Shown: in pieces, positions 23,524 to 23,941 of the stretch | Position numbering within the stretch: position 1 is the first letter of the stretch | How the letters are laid out: the number at the start of each line of letters is the position of its first letter | Assembly (NCBI GenBank): GCA_024626585.2 | Contig: JANKJI020000002.1 | Location: forward strand, 57,142,209 to 57,166,149 | Source of the DNA: Ginkgo biloba | Taxonomy: Eukaryota; Plantae; Ginkgophyta | Length of the DNA: 23,941 nucleotides | Direction of reading: 5' to 3' | The notes under the pieces: generated by a model | The model's database searches: none | What the model saw: the letters and a program-made list of their open reading frames with translations, nothing else | What the model was told of the DNA's origin: nothing | Made by a program: the position numbers and the translations under genes

Positions 23524-23567
23524 TTCTTGTTATTAATTGTCCAAATCTTTGTATGGTGGACATGCAG

Positions 23568-23604
23568 GAGGTGGAGCACTTTCAGATTCGAGAAGTTGTG
23601 CGTT
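23568..23604 (+). CDS. ATG101: ATG101 second coding exon, 37 nt (EVEHFQIREVVR + first base of the Cys codon)
   Basis: Acceptor ATGCAG|GAG with a TACTAAC branch site at 23517-23523, and donor GTT|GTATGT (phase 1). Translation continues the ATG101 N-terminus. The next exon (CILHTI...) was not found in 23605-23941, so the gene continues beyond the window. Confidence 0.93.
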
Positions 23605-23941
23605 GTATGTATTCAATGCCTTGTTCACTCTATTTAAGTTCTCTCTTCTTGTATTTTTCTACCAATCCATGTAAAACATGGGATTTTGTAATTTTGCAAT
23701 TTGTAGAATCACACTCAGGGGCACATAACTAAAATGAAACTTTCAATGTCTTATGTTCTCTTGCTTTGTTCATCCTCTCCTCCTTGGTGAATGCTTCAAA
23801 GCTATATACATAATTGTTTACTTGGGGATTCATTTTATACAACACACAATACAATATATTAATTGTCCTCTTGATGTATGTTTTCAACAAATGTACCAGT
23901 TGCTTGTTCTTTTTTGTTTTGATAGAAGGTCTAACATGCAC

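Larger units (their letters stand above)
11171..23567 (+). other. ATG101: ATG101 intron, ~12.4 kb as assembled, GT-AG, phase 0, TE-filled
   Basis: GTGAGC...ATGCAG boundaries join MNCEVFHLKEL|EVEHFQIREVVR with no missing residues. Length is approximate because it contains five N gaps. Confidence 0.88.

Noticed and set aside
23705-23730. Third ATG101 exon after TTTGTAG
   Set aside because: Does not encode the expected CILHTI sequence in any frame.

Overview
AT-rich, gapped eukaryotic nuclear DNA from a land plant. Repeat content, intron size and the plastid 16S variant suggest a large-genome non-eudicot such as a gymnosperm (inference). The ORF track misses the only clear host gene: the 5' end of ATG101 (autophagy initiation complex subunit) on the + strand. 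Its first two coding exons are tiny (11138-11170 MNCEVFHLKEL; 23568-23604 EVEHFQIREVVR-C) and are separated by a ~12.4 kb intron containing decayed transposons (L1 LINE, RTEX-like LINE, LTR remnants, a probable hAT MITE, a foldback). The leader exon (from 10988) carries an AUG-stop minimal uORF and a 6-codon uORF whose stop overlaps the ATG101 start (ATGA). Upstream lie decayed LTR-retrotransposon-like sequences and a mutated nuclear copy of plastid 16S rDNA (NUPT, 3461-4196). No intact transposon ORF, tRNA or CRISPR array is present. I see no clearly new multi-gene system; the best lead is uORF-based translational control of ATG101. All family assignments come from remembered consensus motifs, not database searches.
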